This document shows positions 20,567-31,462 of a stretch of DNA of 64,000 nucleotides, piece after piece. Location: assembly GCA_902464965.1 (NCBI GenBank), contig CABQLI010000003.1:93-64092 (forward strand). Direction: 5' to 3'. The notes under the pieces are model-generated. The model had not been told where the DNA came from. It saw nothing but the letters and a program-made list of their open reading frames with translations, and ran no database searches. The position numbers were made by a program, and so were the translations under genes. How positions within the stretch are numbered: position 1 is the stretch's first letter; each line of letters opens with the position of its first letter. The stretch comes from an uncultured Collinsella sp. Its GTDB lineage: Bacteria; Actinomycetota; Coriobacteriia; Coriobacteriales; Coriobacteriaceae.

Positions 20567-21730
20567 CTAAAAGTATCTCTTTTGATATGTATAGACATCG
20601 CGATTAAACTGCTCAGATGTCTCGAGGAAAGGAGCGCGTTTTTCTAGAATAGCGCTGTCGATGTGGCGATTTAGTAGAGATAGAGCCACTCCAGCAAGGG
20701 CGCCTTCTGAATCGCCAAGAGATACTCCGAATCCCCAAGAAAGAATCAAGAAGGGGCTTCGCCTCTAAGACAGTCGAGAGAAAAACGCTGCAGTTTATGG
20801 GACAATTTTTTCAGTGGCGATTGCTTCAGCGAGCATTTGGTTGATGACGTGTACCTGGTCTTTAAATCCGTCTTCTGCAATAGAAGCGAATTTTGCAGGT
20901 CCGCAAGAAACTTTTTACCTTATTTTTAGAACGATGTTGCTGAGAAAAGCAAGTTCATCAAGAGAAATATCTTGAGGTAAAGATACCATCGCCTCATATG
21001 AAAGTGCCATCGGTTGGGGGACACCACCATATCGCTCAGGATTTTCCAAAAGCAATGGCACCGATAAACCGCTACTGCGCAGTTCATTAGAAACTGAAAT
21101 GGGAAATCCCTGATGCATCGTGGACATATTTCTGCAGGCGTAGTGTAGTACCTAAGAGCCGCCCATTTTGAGATAAGCTCGCTATGTTCAATGCCATTGT
21201 CTCTTGCGGCGTTTTCGAACTTGCTTCGACTGCCCTCAAGCGACAATAATTCATTCTTCAATAACCTAAGCCGAAGAGGTGAAACCCCTTCGGCTGAAAG
21301 ACGCTTAAATAGCAATCCACCTTCTGAAATGTCTCGTATTAATGAAGCCTTATATATATCGCTTTGACCATATGAGTCAAATGAATAGATTGTTGAAGCA
21401 TGCTCATCGAGGAACTTCGCGTGTTTAAGTTGCTCCGGGTTTGGAATTTCAATGTTGCTGACATAGTCAGTGAAGGATAAGTACCCCTCCCTGAGATCCG
21501 GAACAATTACTCCTTCTTCTAAAAGTGGGGTCAGGGTCTTAACTACATCAAATGCCGATCCCGCAGATAACAAGTACCGGCTAGGGATAACAACTCGTTT
21601 TGCATATAAAGTTTGGGTTGTTGCAGTGCAGGTATATTCGAACTTAATACATAGTCCCCATCCTGATCTTCAGAGAGAAATGTGTAGTTGTCGCGTCTAT
21701 TGAAACCAGTATATGGCTACTTCATCGCGA
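20567..21730 (-). pseudogene. Degraded hypothetical gene (several stops and frameshifts)
   Basis: Track fragments 20926..21573, 20915..21127 and 20567..20749 chain together; the last two share a frame with three intervening stops. The 5' end is approximate. Confidence 0.7.
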
Positions 21731-21776
21731 TGGACTCATCTTCGAACACTCCAATCTCACCAATGCAGCATTCAAT

Positions 21777-22550
21777 TTAATCAGCCTTTTCGTAAACTTT
21801 GCCGATTAACTCGTCAATCGCCCCGTCTCTTTCATTTGCTAGTTTTGTTGGTTTATGCCAAAAATGATAAGCAACCGCACCTATGCCCAATATGCCAGCC
21901 AGTATGCAAATGAACCAGGCAATACTCTTGATCGCGTTGGACGACAAGAACAGCGCATCATGAAAGTTCGAGGTCAAAAGGGTGAGAAACAATGTTCCCG
22001 AAATGGAGAACAGCACAGGATATAAATCCCCAAATGACCAAGCACAAGCGGCCTTCATGGCTCGCTCATAGCAACCCTGCATCAATAACCTGAGATTCGC
22101 CTCAGTCATACTTATATCAGTATCCGAAACTGCTACAGACGATGATCTTTTCTCCGCCATGGGCGCTATGGCGGCCTTCCTGTTGACAGTGTCTTTATCA
22201 TCGTCCTCAAGCTGCAAGTTCTTTTCTTTTGAATTGACGTCAGAGGACAGTTGTCCGCAATTAAGAATGAGCAGCAAGATGGCCTTGGAACAATCTTCTA
22301 TTGAGTCGCCACCCGAGCTGCGTTGCGTCAATAAATGAGCAATCGATTCTCCATCAAGGCGACTTGCCGACCAATCAGGGTCAATCCCTATGTTCAGAAG
22401 CAGCTCACGAACATCATGTTGATCGAGCTTCCGTGAAAGGCTTCGGATATTGCCAAAAAGACGGATAGCGTAGTCAAATATGCTATCTTCATGCTGAGGC
22501 AACAGCGAGTATAGTTCTTGTTTTGAGTTTTTCATTCCGGTAAGTTTCAA
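21777..22550 (-). CDS. Hypothetical protein with two C-terminal TM helices
   Basis: LYPVLFSISGTLFLTLL and IAWFICILAGILGIGAVAY hydrophobic segments. Confidence 0.7.
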   Translation of the reverse strand: MKLTGMKNSKQELYSLLPQHEDSIFDYAIRLFGNIRSLSRKLDQHDVRELLLNIGIDPDWSASRLDGESIAHLLTQRSSGGDSIEDCSKAILLLILNCGQLSSDVNSKEKNLQLEDDDKDTVNRKAAIAPMAEKRSSSVAVSDTDISMTEANLRLLMQGCYERAMKAACAWSFGDLYPVLFSISGTLFLTLLTSNFHDALFLSSNAIKSIAWFICILAGILGIGAVAYHFWHKPTKLANERDGAIDELIGKVYEKAD

Positions 22551-22556
22551 ATCTTA

Positions 22557-23114
22557 TTACTGAAGATTTGCAAGAACAAAATCTGCAAGAGAACTCCTAG
22601 CTCGATCGACCCGACCAAAGCCATCATCAACACCCACGAAATCGATAATCTCCTCCAAGACCACGGACGCCTTGAATACAAGCTTGTTACTGCTCGTGAT
22701 GGGCGCCTTTTCGTAAGTAAGCCTAACTTTGCAGTCGACAATACAGTTCTCCGGACCTTTGTTGCTACACGCAATGTCTAATAGACTATTGGCGACATCG
22801 CCGCAGGCAAATAAATCCACATCCCCGTTCTCGCTGATAAGGCCAGGTCCGCCGATAATCGAAACTTCAACTGAAACAGTATCCCCAACCGTCAATCCCA
22901 GCGAAACAACCAACTCGTCTTTGAGCGTCCAACCACAAAACTTATTCCTCAGCATTAGTCTGACTTTAGTTTCACGATCTTTATATCTGTCCGGAAGAAG
23001 AAGAAACTTTTCGCAGAGTTTTGCTCCCTCCTCCAATTCCTCATCAACCTCATAAAGGTTGTTTCTTTCCGGCAACTCTATGAAAGCCTGTTCCTCGCTC
23101 ATTGGCTTCTCCAA
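22557..23114 (-). CDS. Hypothetical protein (185 aa), probably co-transcribed with the 2TM gene
   Basis: Intact ORF with a 6-nt gap to the next gene. Confidence 0.65.
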   Translation of the reverse strand: MEKPMSEEQAFIELPERNNLYEVDEELEEGAKLCEKFLLLPDRYKDRETKVRLMLRNKFCGWTLKDELVVSLGLTVGDTVSVEVSIIGGPGLISENGDVDLFACGDVANSLLDIACSNKGPENCIVDCKVRLTYEKAPITSSNKLVFKASVVLEEIIDFVGVDDGFGRVDRARSSLADFVLANLQ

Positions 23115-23197
23115 TCAAAAATCTACATCCTTCCCGTCACCCGTATTGGTTAAAGATGGGAATATCCTGTCAAGTTATACGATCCGCATGAAAGAAC

Positions 23198-24301
23198 TCA
23201 GCATAATCCTCTTACTAGTGCGTCTGAAATTCGCTCGCTAGCATGGCCGTCACCGTAGGGATTCGATGCATGGCTCATAGACTCGTACTCAGTCTCGTCA
23301 GAGAGAAGACGGCTGAACTCGCGGTAGATGACGTCCTCCTCGGTGCCGACGAGCTTCAGCGTGCCGGCGGCCACGCCCTCGGGGCGCTCCGTGGTGTCGC
23401 GCATGACGAGCACCGGCTTGCCCAGACTCGGGGCCTCCTCCTGGATGCCGCCCGAGTCGGTGAGGATGAGGTGGCTGGCGGCCATGAAGTTGTGGAAGTC
23501 GAGCACCTCGAGCGGGTCGATGATGTGAAGGCGGTCGAAGCCGTCGAGCTCCTCGTGGGCGGCCTTGCGGACGAGCGGGTTCATATGGATGGGGTAGATC
23601 GCCTTGGTGTCAGGGTGCTCCTCCATCACGCGGCGGATGGCGCGGAACATGCGGTGCATGGGCTCGCCCAGGTTCTCGCGGCGGTGCGCCGTGATGAGGA
23701 TGAGGCGGGAGCCCTCGGCCCACTCGAGCTCGGGATGGGAGTAGCCATCGCGCACGGTGGTGCGCAGGGCGTCGATGCCGGTGTTGCCGGTGACCCAGAT
23801 CTTGGACTCGGGCTTGCCCTCGTCGAGCAGGTTCTGCTTGCTCGCCTCCGTGGGAGCGAAATAGTACTCGCTAACGATGTCGACCGCCTGGCGGTTGAAC
23901 TCCTCCGGCCAGGGGCTGTAGATGTCGTGCGTGCGCAGGCCGGCCTCCACATGGCCCACGGGGATCTGCAGGTAGAAGCAGGCAAGCGCCGCGGCGAAGC
24001 TAGTCGTTGTGTCTCCATGGACCAGGACGACGTCGGGCCTCTCGTCCTCGAGGACGGCTTTGAGCTTAAGCAGCACGTCGCACGTCACGTCGAACAGCGT
24101 CTGGCCCGGCTTCATGATCGCCAGGTCGTGGTCGGGCGTAACGTCGAAGACGCGCAGCACCTGGTCGAGCATCTCACGGTGCTGGCCGGTCACGGTGACG
24201 ACAGTCTCGAACTCATCCCTGCGCGCCTTCAGCTCGTTGACGAGCGGGCACATCTTGATGGCCTCCGGGCGGGTGCCGAAGACGAGCATCACTTTCTTCA
24301 T
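23198..24301 (-). CDS. wecB: UDP-N-acetylglucosamine 2-epimerase
   Basis: MKKVMLVFGTRPEAIK, HVEAGLR, TDSGGIQEEA and NPYGDG motifs. Confidence 0.97.
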   Translation of the reverse strand: MKKVMLVFGTRPEAIKMCPLVNELKARRDEFETVVTVTGQHREMLDQVLRVFDVTPDHDLAIMKPGQTLFDVTCDVLLKLKAVLEDERPDVVLVHGDTTTSFAAALACFYLQIPVGHVEAGLRTHDIYSPWPEEFNRQAVDIVSEYYFAPTEASKQNLLDEGKPESKIWVTGNTGIDALRTTVRDGYSHPELEWAEGSRLILITAHRRENLGEPMHRMFRAIRRVMEEHPDTKAIYPIHMNPLVRKAAHEELDGFDRLHIIDPLEVLDFHNFMAASHLILTDSGGIQEEAPSLGKPVLVMRDTTERPEGVAAGTLKLVGTEEDVIYREFSRLLSDETEYESMSHASNPYGDGHASERISDALVRGLC

Positions 24302-24404
24302 AAGTAATAACCTTTCTGCAAATTTACTAAGATGCACTGTTTCAAATAAGCAGGGAGATGATTCGGTATTAAAAACAATGAAAATAGCCTTTGTTTCCCT
24401 TGGC

Positions 24405-25328
24405 TTATTTGGGCTCGTTCCATAATTCGCCAAGCTTAAAATCATATTCATCGGGATATATACATTCGTACCCGCTGCCGTTGGTGAATGTCATTTCACC
24501 AAAATATACTCGCCCATTGATGTCATAGAAATCCACTCGAACATGTGGAAATCCGGCACTTAAGATTTGAGCGCACTTTTTCATTTCGTCAAAGCAATCA
24601 GGTTTAGGGGGTAAGTTAGTAGGGAGGCCATAGTTCAGCTGGTTCCACTCTACAAGCCGCCAATCTAAATCAAAGACCGCTCGCCTATGATTAACCTGTC
24701 TATCGCAGTCTACCCAAACGAATTTAGGGGCACCGTCGAAACATAGGAACTTGTAATCATTTAGTTCATCGGTCTTGGCATCTTTCATATACTTTTCAGC
24801 AATTACCATTGGCTTAATGTAAAGATACTGCTTCTCAAAAGTCAACCATCCGTAGCGCATCTTCATCCAACGACTAAGCGTCTTCTTAGCCAGCGTAAGG
24901 TTTAACTTACTTCGGTCGGGAACAATGAGATTAGTTCCCGAAGCATTATTCGTTTTAAGTACGAAAGACTGCGGAAGAGCATCCCAGTCGATATCGTCAA
25001 CACTTTCCCAAGCACCGATCAATGGAATAAGGTATTCGGGTCCCAACTTATCAGAAACCCATTCCCTTACAGCAAACTTATCAGAAAGGAGAGCCATATT
25101 ATGATCTAAACCGAACATCTTTCGCCATTGGATTTTCTCCGTATAGCGCCTTGGATTCCCGAAATTCAAATCATGCCCGGTTTTTTCTTTGTAAAGGCTA
25201 GCAACCTGTTTAAGCTGCTCATCATCACTCATTCTTGAGTGAGCCTTGATTACTCGAATGCGGTTCTTATACTGAAGCCAGGCGTAAAAATTCGGGCAGT
25301 ATTGATTCAAAAAGCTTTTTACATTCAT
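24405..25328 (-). CDS. TupA-like ATP-grasp amidoligase (polysaccharide modification)
   Basis: YTEKIQW, DKFAVRE, FVLKTN, DYKFLCFDG, VRVDFY and GEMTF motifs. Confidence 0.9.
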   Translation of the reverse strand: MNVKSFLNQYCPNFYAWLQYKNRIRVIKAHSRMSDDEQLKQVASLYKEKTGHDLNFGNPRRYTEKIQWRKMFGLDHNMALLSDKFAVREWVSDKLGPEYLIPLIGAWESVDDIDWDALPQSFVLKTNNASGTNLIVPDRSKLNLTLAKKTLSRWMKMRYGWLTFEKQYLYIKPMVIAEKYMKDAKTDELNDYKFLCFDGAPKFVWVDCDRQVNHRRAVFDLDWRLVEWNQLNYGLPTNLPPKPDCFDEMKKCAQILSAGFPHVRVDFYDINGRVYFGEMTFTNGSGYECIYPDEYDFKLGELWNEPK

Positions 25329-25392
25329 TTAGCCATCCATCCTCGAAAAATTATAAATAGAAGCTGAACTATTGGTTACAAGATAAAGGCAG

Positions 25393-26676
25393 CTAACTTG
25401 CGTTAACAAACTGGTCTTTTGCGATTTTCCTATCTACATCAATAAGTAAGACCCAAAGAACCAATTCAGAGAGAAGGGGTGCAAGGCAGGCACCGTCACC
25501 ATGAAATAAATAAATTAGAACTAGATTTGAAAGCACAGTAAAAACAACTGATATATTAAAGCAGCGGCTGTATTCTTTATCATGGCCGCTCGCAAGCAAT
25601 GTTTGAATGCCAAGAAAGTTGTTATTGATGGAAACAACAACCCATGCCAATAGCGGATAGATCCAATAAAAGAAATTTGCATACTCATCGCCAAAAGCGA
25701 TGGCAATCACTGGTTTGGCTAATATAGCTATGAGAAGAGCGGCGAACAAAAACGGAGGGAAGACCCACTTTCTTGTACGTCGCACGAAAGCCTTGCCATC
25801 ACCATAAGAGCTTACAATCCGCTGACTTGAAATTGGGTAAAGAACCTGGCTAATTGGAGACCAGGCAAGCAACATAACTGTGGGTATTTTTTGTATAGCA
25901 GCATAAATACCAGTCTCATAACTTGAAGCAAAAAAACCCAGGAACGTAAGGCCGATTGCGCCGAATACCTTAGAGCTTAGCTGGGTAGTAAAAACAAACC
26001 ATCCGCTTTTAAGCTCGCTGAGCACTTCAGGTATAGTTACTCGAACATAACGAATATTGAACTTTCTCCAGGCGATAACGTTGCTTAAGAGACTAACAAC
26101 AATCGGAGTAATCGAGTAAAGAATGCAGTAGACAAACAAATCATTGTTACTTTTCACTAATGCAAAAATAAGCAGAACAGAGATGGTTCGCCCGATAATA
26201 TTTGAAATAGAAACGAATCGCATGCACTGCATCCCCTGGAATAGCCAGTTCAGTTGGAAGCAGTACCCAATCATCGTAGCTGTAAGGATAGCAAGACAAA
26301 CACACTGGTCAACTTGACTGTAGTTAAATAATGTATAGACAATCGTGAGTACTATGCACGGAAGCATAAGTATGAGACGCGAAGCCAAGACGCGAGAATA
26401 GAGCCCCCTAAGAGACTCTTCAGAGTTCTCCTGAAGGGCTACCTTTCGAGTAGCAGACATCCCGAATCCATACTCGACAATTACCTGATAATAGCCCTGA
26501 AGATTCAATGAAATTGAGAATAGTCCATACTGCGAAGGACCAAGAATTCGCGTGATGTATGGAAGTGTAACTAAAGGAATGACCGTATTAAAAATTTGCA
26601 ATAAATAGAGCCACATCCCATTATGAAGCGCCTTCTTACCGGCAAGCCTCTTAACGGGTTCAATAAATCTTCCCAC
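25393..26676 (-). CDS. wzx: Wzx polysaccharide flippase
   Basis: IPLVTLPYITRILG and WLFQG motifs; multiple TM helices. Confidence 0.9.
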   Translation of the reverse strand: MGRFIEPVKRLAGKKALHNGMWLYLLQIFNTVIPLVTLPYITRILGPSQYGLFSISLNLQGYYQVIVEYGFGMSATRKVALQENSEESLRGLYSRVLASRLILMLPCIVLTIVYTLFNYSQVDQCVCLAILTATMIGYCFQLNWLFQGMQCMRFVSISNIIGRTISVLLIFALVKSNNDLFVYCILYSITPIVVSLLSNVIAWRKFNIRYVRVTIPEVLSELKSGWFVFTTQLSSKVFGAIGLTFLGFFASSYETGIYAAIQKIPTVMLLAWSPISQVLYPISSQRIVSSYGDGKAFVRRTRKWVFPPFLFAALLIAILAKPVIAIAFGDEYANFFYWIYPLLAWVVVSINNNFLGIQTLLASGHDKEYSRCFNISVVFTVLSNLVLIYLFHGDGACLAPLLSELVLWVLLIDVDRKIAKDQFVNAS

Positions 26677-26771
26677 TTAGAATCCAATCGTTGTTATAAA
26701 ACGAATGCAGCAAATACTGAAAAGAAAAAATGCATTTAAAGAAATGAACTGTCACATCAAGACAGAAAAGC

Positions 26772-28103
26772 TCACTTGAAACTTACGTCAGAGAAATCAC
26801 GCTCGACCGACAATGCTCCTACTGGTTCTTTCTTTTGAGCGCATCCATACGCATACGAGAAAAGCGCTAGATAAAAAGGAACATCGAAAGCTCTCTGGCC
26901 GTCAAAGATATTCATCGCAAGACAGGAAAGAAGAGCATAGGATACGGCAGAAATTACCAGAACGGCCGTTCCTCGTGAATTACCATCTTTTAAGATTCGA
27001 AAAGAGGAGCCAATGGCTAGATAAACGAAATAACCGTAGGTCCAAAAAGCGAGAAGGCCGAATCTGAAGAACTCTCCAAGTATGCCAATATCTTCAAGCC
27101 AATAAACATGGTTTACGCCATACGTCATCATAGCTGCAGCCTGCGAATTGCTTGAAGTAAGAAGTCCAAGGCCAAGCACGCTGCAATTATTGGTTACTAA
27201 ATTCCAATAGTGCAAAATATTATCAATTCGAACTTGTGTCGACTGGCTCATAACCGAATTGGTTGTAGAGAAAGTATCGAAGAAGGCCTGAGAATAATTA
27301 CTAGTGACGACAAGAATTATCACAATAATTATTACCGTGCGCTGCAACAAGCCAATGCCTGACCTATGGCTTACAAAGAAGAGTCCAAAAACACAAGCGG
27401 CAATCACGGACAACATCTGATAGCGGTACGCAGAAACGAATAGCGTGAAAAACACCAATCCAGCAAGAATTAAAATTTGAAGAATGCAAGCCCTGCGTTC
27501 AACAATGAAGCACATGGCAACAGCAAGAAGAATCCCAATGAGAAACCCAGCATTAACCCTTTGCAAACCACCTCTAAACCAGTCCTCATACTCAAAGAGA
27601 AGTCGTTCGAACACAAGCTTTCCGCTGTAGTTGTAGCAATACCAAGAAATGGCTTTGCAAATCAAAATCCCAACAACGAGCACTGCAACGACTTTAAGTA
27701 ATCTGAGAGGACCGCCATCCCTCTTGAAGATAAAGATAAGAGGGTATGCAAAAAAAATGTAGCTATAGGGGGTAATCACTCTCAATATAGTGTCAAGCGA
27801 ATAATCATAAAAGGCAGCAGTCCAAAGTGTAGTAAATACAACAATCGGAATGTAGCCAGCGAGATAGCGTCTTAACTTAGCGAAATAGGGCTTGAGCTCC
27901 TCATCGCCTTCTGCGGTAATGGAAACGTAGATAGCCATAACAAAACCAAGCAAAACCACGATGTAGCGAATGACATTATTGCCGAGTACCTCATTTTTAG
28001 TTAAAAGTGGATATCCGAGCATAAGGAAAGTGCTTAGCACAACCCCAGCACGAATCCAGCTAACCGAAACCCTATTTTCTTGGATATCTGCAAAAGAGCC
28101 CAT
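26772..28103 (-). CDS. wzy: Probable Wzy polymerase (polytopic membrane protein)
   Basis: About 10 hydrophobic segments with a large loop; located between GT and wzx. Start reassigned to ATG 28103 (GAGG RBS). Confidence 0.7.
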   Translation of the reverse strand: MGSFADIQENRVSVSWIRAGVVLSTFLMLGYPLLTKNEVLGNNVIRYIVVLLGFVMAIYVSITAEGDEELKPYFAKLRRYLAGYIPIVVFTTLWTAAFYDYSLDTILRVITPYSYIFFAYPLIFIFKRDGGPLRLLKVVAVLVVGILICKAISWYCYNYSGKLVFERLLFEYEDWFRGGLQRVNAGFLIGILLAVAMCFIVERRACILQILILAGLVFFTLFVSAYRYQMLSVIAACVFGLFFVSHRSGIGLLQRTVIIIVIILVVTSNYSQAFFDTFSTTNSVMSQSTQVRIDNILHYWNLVTNNCSVLGLGLLTSSNSQAAAMMTYGVNHVYWLEDIGILGEFFRFGLLAFWTYGYFVYLAIGSSFRILKDGNSRGTAVLVISAVSYALLSCLAMNIFDGQRAFDVPFYLALFSYAYGCAQKKEPVGALSVERDFSDVSFK

Positions 28104-28149
28104 GAAACGCCTTGACCTCTCAGTGAATAAGAAGGGGAGAGAATTATCG

Positions 28150-29298
28150 CTATCCCAGAATGTCGGCAACGATGGAATCCAAATCGGTTTCATCACAAAA
28201 CGCTTTGCAACCCGAAGCCATTTCATCATGTCGGGCATCAACATATAGCAATTTTTCGCTGATACTAGATGGTTCAAGGCTCTCACAGCAAACCCCGATG
28301 TTGTATTTCTCAAATGGAATCCGCAGTCCAAGGACATCAGTCCCGACCATAGGAACCCCGAAACCGGCATACTCATAGATTTTATTGGGGGCACAATAAA
28401 GCACATTTAATGGCGAGATAACCTTACTCTTATAGTTCGAGATATAAGGTAATAATCCAATGTATGCATACTGTAGGAAATGAAGGTGACTAGGAGGATT
28501 GAAGAATCCAAGATAAACCACCTGCTGATGAGCGCTCAGAAAAGCATCAAAAACTTCCTGCTGTCCTTCTGGTACTTTACCGAGCACATAAAGAGCAAAG
28601 TCCTCCCCCATCATCTCGACAGCCTCAGCAAAAGGTCCGAGGTTCCTATCGACGCTCATTACGCCGAGATACATGACGATTTTTCTATCCTCCTGCCTAA
28701 GCCTGTCGAGCAGGAATGAAATTTGGTCATCAGCGTATCCAGGGTCCAATGAATACGGCTTGTTCGGCAAAACTTTGGGAACCTGGGGAAGGTTCCACAT
28801 AACTTGCTGGATATAAGCCCTATTCTGCTCAGGAACTACAACTTTCCATGCTTTACGTGCATAGCTGGGCAAGTCAAACTTCAGGAATCTTGCGCCGCTA
28901 AATAACGGGAAAGACTCTTCCAGTTCCATAAGTTGTAAAACATGTTTTTTGCCATCAAGTGCCGTGCTCAAAGCGCGTACAGTCGAATCTGTGGTGGTCC
29001 AAACAACATCGTCATCTGAGTAGAAACTATCTAAAGCGTCCTTATACATCCTGCCAATGCATAGCCTACGCTTAACCCTACCTATAGGATCTGAGCTGTC
29101 GCTTAGCGGGATATCTTTAACGAAGATCCCGTCATGGTCAAGAATGCGCGAGGGAATTCTGTCAGTGTTGCCGGCAATAAGAACGACATTGCGATGATTC
29201 GAAAGCAAATTTTCCAGCAAATTAAGCACAGGGGGATAGAACATCACATTGCCGTAATGCACAACTATTATCTTGTTGCTAGCGTTAAAACGAGCCAT
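28150..29298 (-). CDS. Glycosyltransferase (GT4-like)
   Basis: YPP and APNKIYEYAGFGVPMV motifs. Confidence 0.85.
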   Translation of the reverse strand: MARFNASNKIIVVHYGNVMFYPPVLNLLENLLSNHRNVVLIAGNTDRIPSRILDHDGIFVKDIPLSDSSDPIGRVKRRLCIGRMYKDALDSFYSDDDVVWTTTDSTVRALSTALDGKKHVLQLMELEESFPLFSGARFLKFDLPSYARKAWKVVVPEQNRAYIQQVMWNLPQVPKVLPNKPYSLDPGYADDQISFLLDRLRQEDRKIVMYLGVMSVDRNLGPFAEAVEMMGEDFALYVLGKVPEGQQEVFDAFLSAHQQVVYLGFFNPPSHLHFLQYAYIGLLPYISNYKSKVISPLNVLYCAPNKIYEYAGFGVPMVGTDVLGLRIPFEKYNIGVCCESLEPSSISEKLLYVDARHDEMASGCKAFCDETDLDSIVADILG

Positions 29299-29307
29299 TA
29301 TGTCCTC

Positions 29308-30261
29308 TCAGTTGTCTTTTCGCCCTCGAGCAATGCACGCCATTTTCGGACTGAAGGCAAATAAGGCGGCCTTCAGTTTGTAGTTTGCCGTTCGGGCATG
29401 CTGCAGCGGAAAGAATCTTTCAACCCTAAAGTCCTCTGCACTCAAGAGGTCTCCGGTATAGACGCCGAACATATATTGGGCAGCGATATTGTCGTGGAAA
29501 GCCGACGAACTAGCAGTGGCGGGATTGCTTCGACTGTACTTTTCAAGCACCTTTGCTACCTTAACCCTGTCGGCACCTCGCCTCACCTTCAGCTTTGGAT
29601 TCCTCGTTATTGATGCGGCATTAGAAATCCTATAATTATAGAAACAGTGTTCATCGTCGAAGACGGACTTAGCATTAGCCAGTAAAATCGGGGTCCAGAT
29701 TTCATCTTCATGGAGCAGACCGGGTTCAAAGCGTAAATCAGCACGGTTGATAAGTTCATGACTTGTTATGTAGTATGGGGCGCATGACCTTACATTTGCC
29801 CCATATAGCGATTTATTATAAAAAGTAGGACCGTCCAGAACAGCACCGTGCAGGTCGAGATAAGCGCGGGACTGCCATTTAGCGCCGGAATCATCAAAAT
29901 GGTATGCGTAGCCAGCGATAACCTCTGCACCAGTTTTATTAATAATCGACTGAAAGCGTTCAAGTGAGTCTGGCTCGATAGTATCATCGCTATCGAGAAA
30001 CAGAATATAGTCACCTTTCGCACGAGACAACCCGTAGTTTCTTGTTGCAGATAGCCCCTCGTTCTTCTTCGAGAAAACGCTAATCCTCTCGTCCCCCAAG
30101 AAACTCTTGCATATCTCAAGAGACCCATCAGTAGAGCCATCGTTAACGAGAAGGAGCTCCCAAGACTCACACGTTTGATTTATTACGGACTCGATGCACT
30201 CGCGTACATACTTCTCCGCGTTATATACAGGCACGATTATGCTAAACATTTTTACCGCCAA
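29308..30261 (-). CDS. Glycosyltransferase family 2
   Basis: SIIVPVYN, NDGSTD, GLSATRN and FLDSDD motifs. Confidence 0.95.
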   Translation of the reverse strand: MAVKMFSIIVPVYNAEKYVRECIESVINQTCESWELLLVNDGSTDGSLEICKSFLGDERISVFSKKNEGLSATRNYGLSRAKGDYILFLDSDDTIEPDSLERFQSIINKTGAEVIAGYAYHFDDSGAKWQSRAYLDLHGAVLDGPTFYNKSLYGANVRSCAPYYITSHELINRADLRFEPGLLHEDEIWTPILLANAKSVFDDEHCFYNYRISNAASITRNPKLKVRRGADRVKVAKVLEKYSRSNPATASSSAFHDNIAAQYMFGVYTGDLLSAEDFRVERFFPLQHARTANYKLKAALFAFSPKMACIARGRKDN

Positions 30262-30294
30262 GTCCTCATTGCTTTGTGCTCTGAACCAAAATCT

Positions 30295-31461
30295 TTATTT
30301 GCGCAAATCAAGAATGGATTCGTAGGCGCTCGCGTATCTCAGAGCGACATCATCCCAAAGATAAGAATTATTGATCTTTTGAGAAGCCGCCCTGCCCATT
30401 GCAGTCGTATCATCGAGTTCGAACAAATGAGCCGTAATCGCTTGCGCCCATTTAGTGCAATCAAAATCTTGCATAACAAGACCGTCAACGCCGTCATCTA
30501 TGACGTCAAGAGGGCCGGCAGCAGCATAGGTAATAACCGGTATTCCGAAATACATTGCCTCCAAGAGCACCATTCCGAAAATCTCATAACGCGTGGGAAG
30601 GACAAACATGTCACATTGCCGGTAAAGCGCCGGTAGTTCATTTTGCGAAAGGGAGTCGATGAAAAAGACGTCCCTGATTCCTTTTTCCTGCACATAGGAA
30701 TGTACTTCGTCAAGCATCTCTCCTTTGCCGACATACACAAGGGCGACATTCTGATTAATGGCCTTAACATCAGCATAAACATCCATCAAAAAGATGGGCT
30801 TCCTTCTCGACTCTACCTTGCCGATATAAAGTAATATTTTTTTGTCTGCGCTAATTCCGAGCTCATTCCTATAATCTCTGTTAATCGGGTTTTGAAAGTT
30901 ACTTAGCTCAAGTCCAACAGGAATAATTTTTGCCCAAGGAAAACCCTTTGAAACAAGGTAATCACGGGCAGACGTAGTCTTGGCAAGACAGTATTTGGTA
31001 TTGTTTCTCAGTTCTCGTAGAAACGTGCGATCGAATACGCACTGGATAATTTTCTTATACGCCTCTTTGTAGTTTTCATACATGCCCTGCCAAAGAATGA
31101 ACTTAATCTGACGCTTCTTGCAATAACGGCTGACTAGCACCGTCGTTATCTGACTGTCGTCAAGCGCTTGAATAAGGTCATAGCATTCCGCATCCAGAAT
31201 ACCCTTTAAATCACGATAATATCCCTGCTGTCCAGGTATCTTTTTCCCTGCAAGCCAAAACACAACAACTCGAGGACTGTCCTGGACTATCTCTTGATAA
31301 GTCGCTCCTGTATCGCTGATAAGAAAAACGCCAACCTCAGCACCGTATTCAGATAGACGTTTGGCGAGTCCTATCTCTTGGATATTGTACTGGCTCTTAG
31401 AAACTGCGGATGAAGCAGACCTGATTAGTGCAATCTTCTTACCTTGAAGTGTAGGTTTCAT
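30295..31461 (-). CDS. Glycosyltransferase family 4
   Basis: YEIFGMVLLEAM motif; start MKPTLQ lies directly after the radical SAM stop. Confidence 0.9.
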   Translation of the reverse strand: MKPTLQGKKIALIRSASSAVSKSQYNIQEIGLAKRLSEYGAEVGVFLISDTGATYQEIVQDSPRVVVFWLAGKKIPGQQGYYRDLKGILDAECYDLIQALDDSQITTVLVSRYCKKRQIKFILWQGMYENYKEAYKKIIQCVFDRTFLRELRNNTKYCLAKTTSARDYLVSKGFPWAKIIPVGLELSNFQNPINRDYRNELGISADKKILLYIGKVESRRKPIFLMDVYADVKAINQNVALVYVGKGEMLDEVHSYVQEKGIRDVFFIDSLSQNELPALYRQCDMFVLPTRYEIFGMVLLEAMYFGIPVITYAAAGPLDVIDDGVDGLVMQDFDCTKWAQAITAHLFELDDTTAMGRAASQKINNSYLWDDVALRYASAYESILDLRK

Positions 31462-31462
31462 A

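Noticed and set aside
24301..24451. N-terminal extensions given by the ORF track for wecB (also wzy, the GT at 30295, rsmB, gltX, glgB)
   Set aside because: They overlap upstream genes or lack an RBS; family-typical starts lie downstream.
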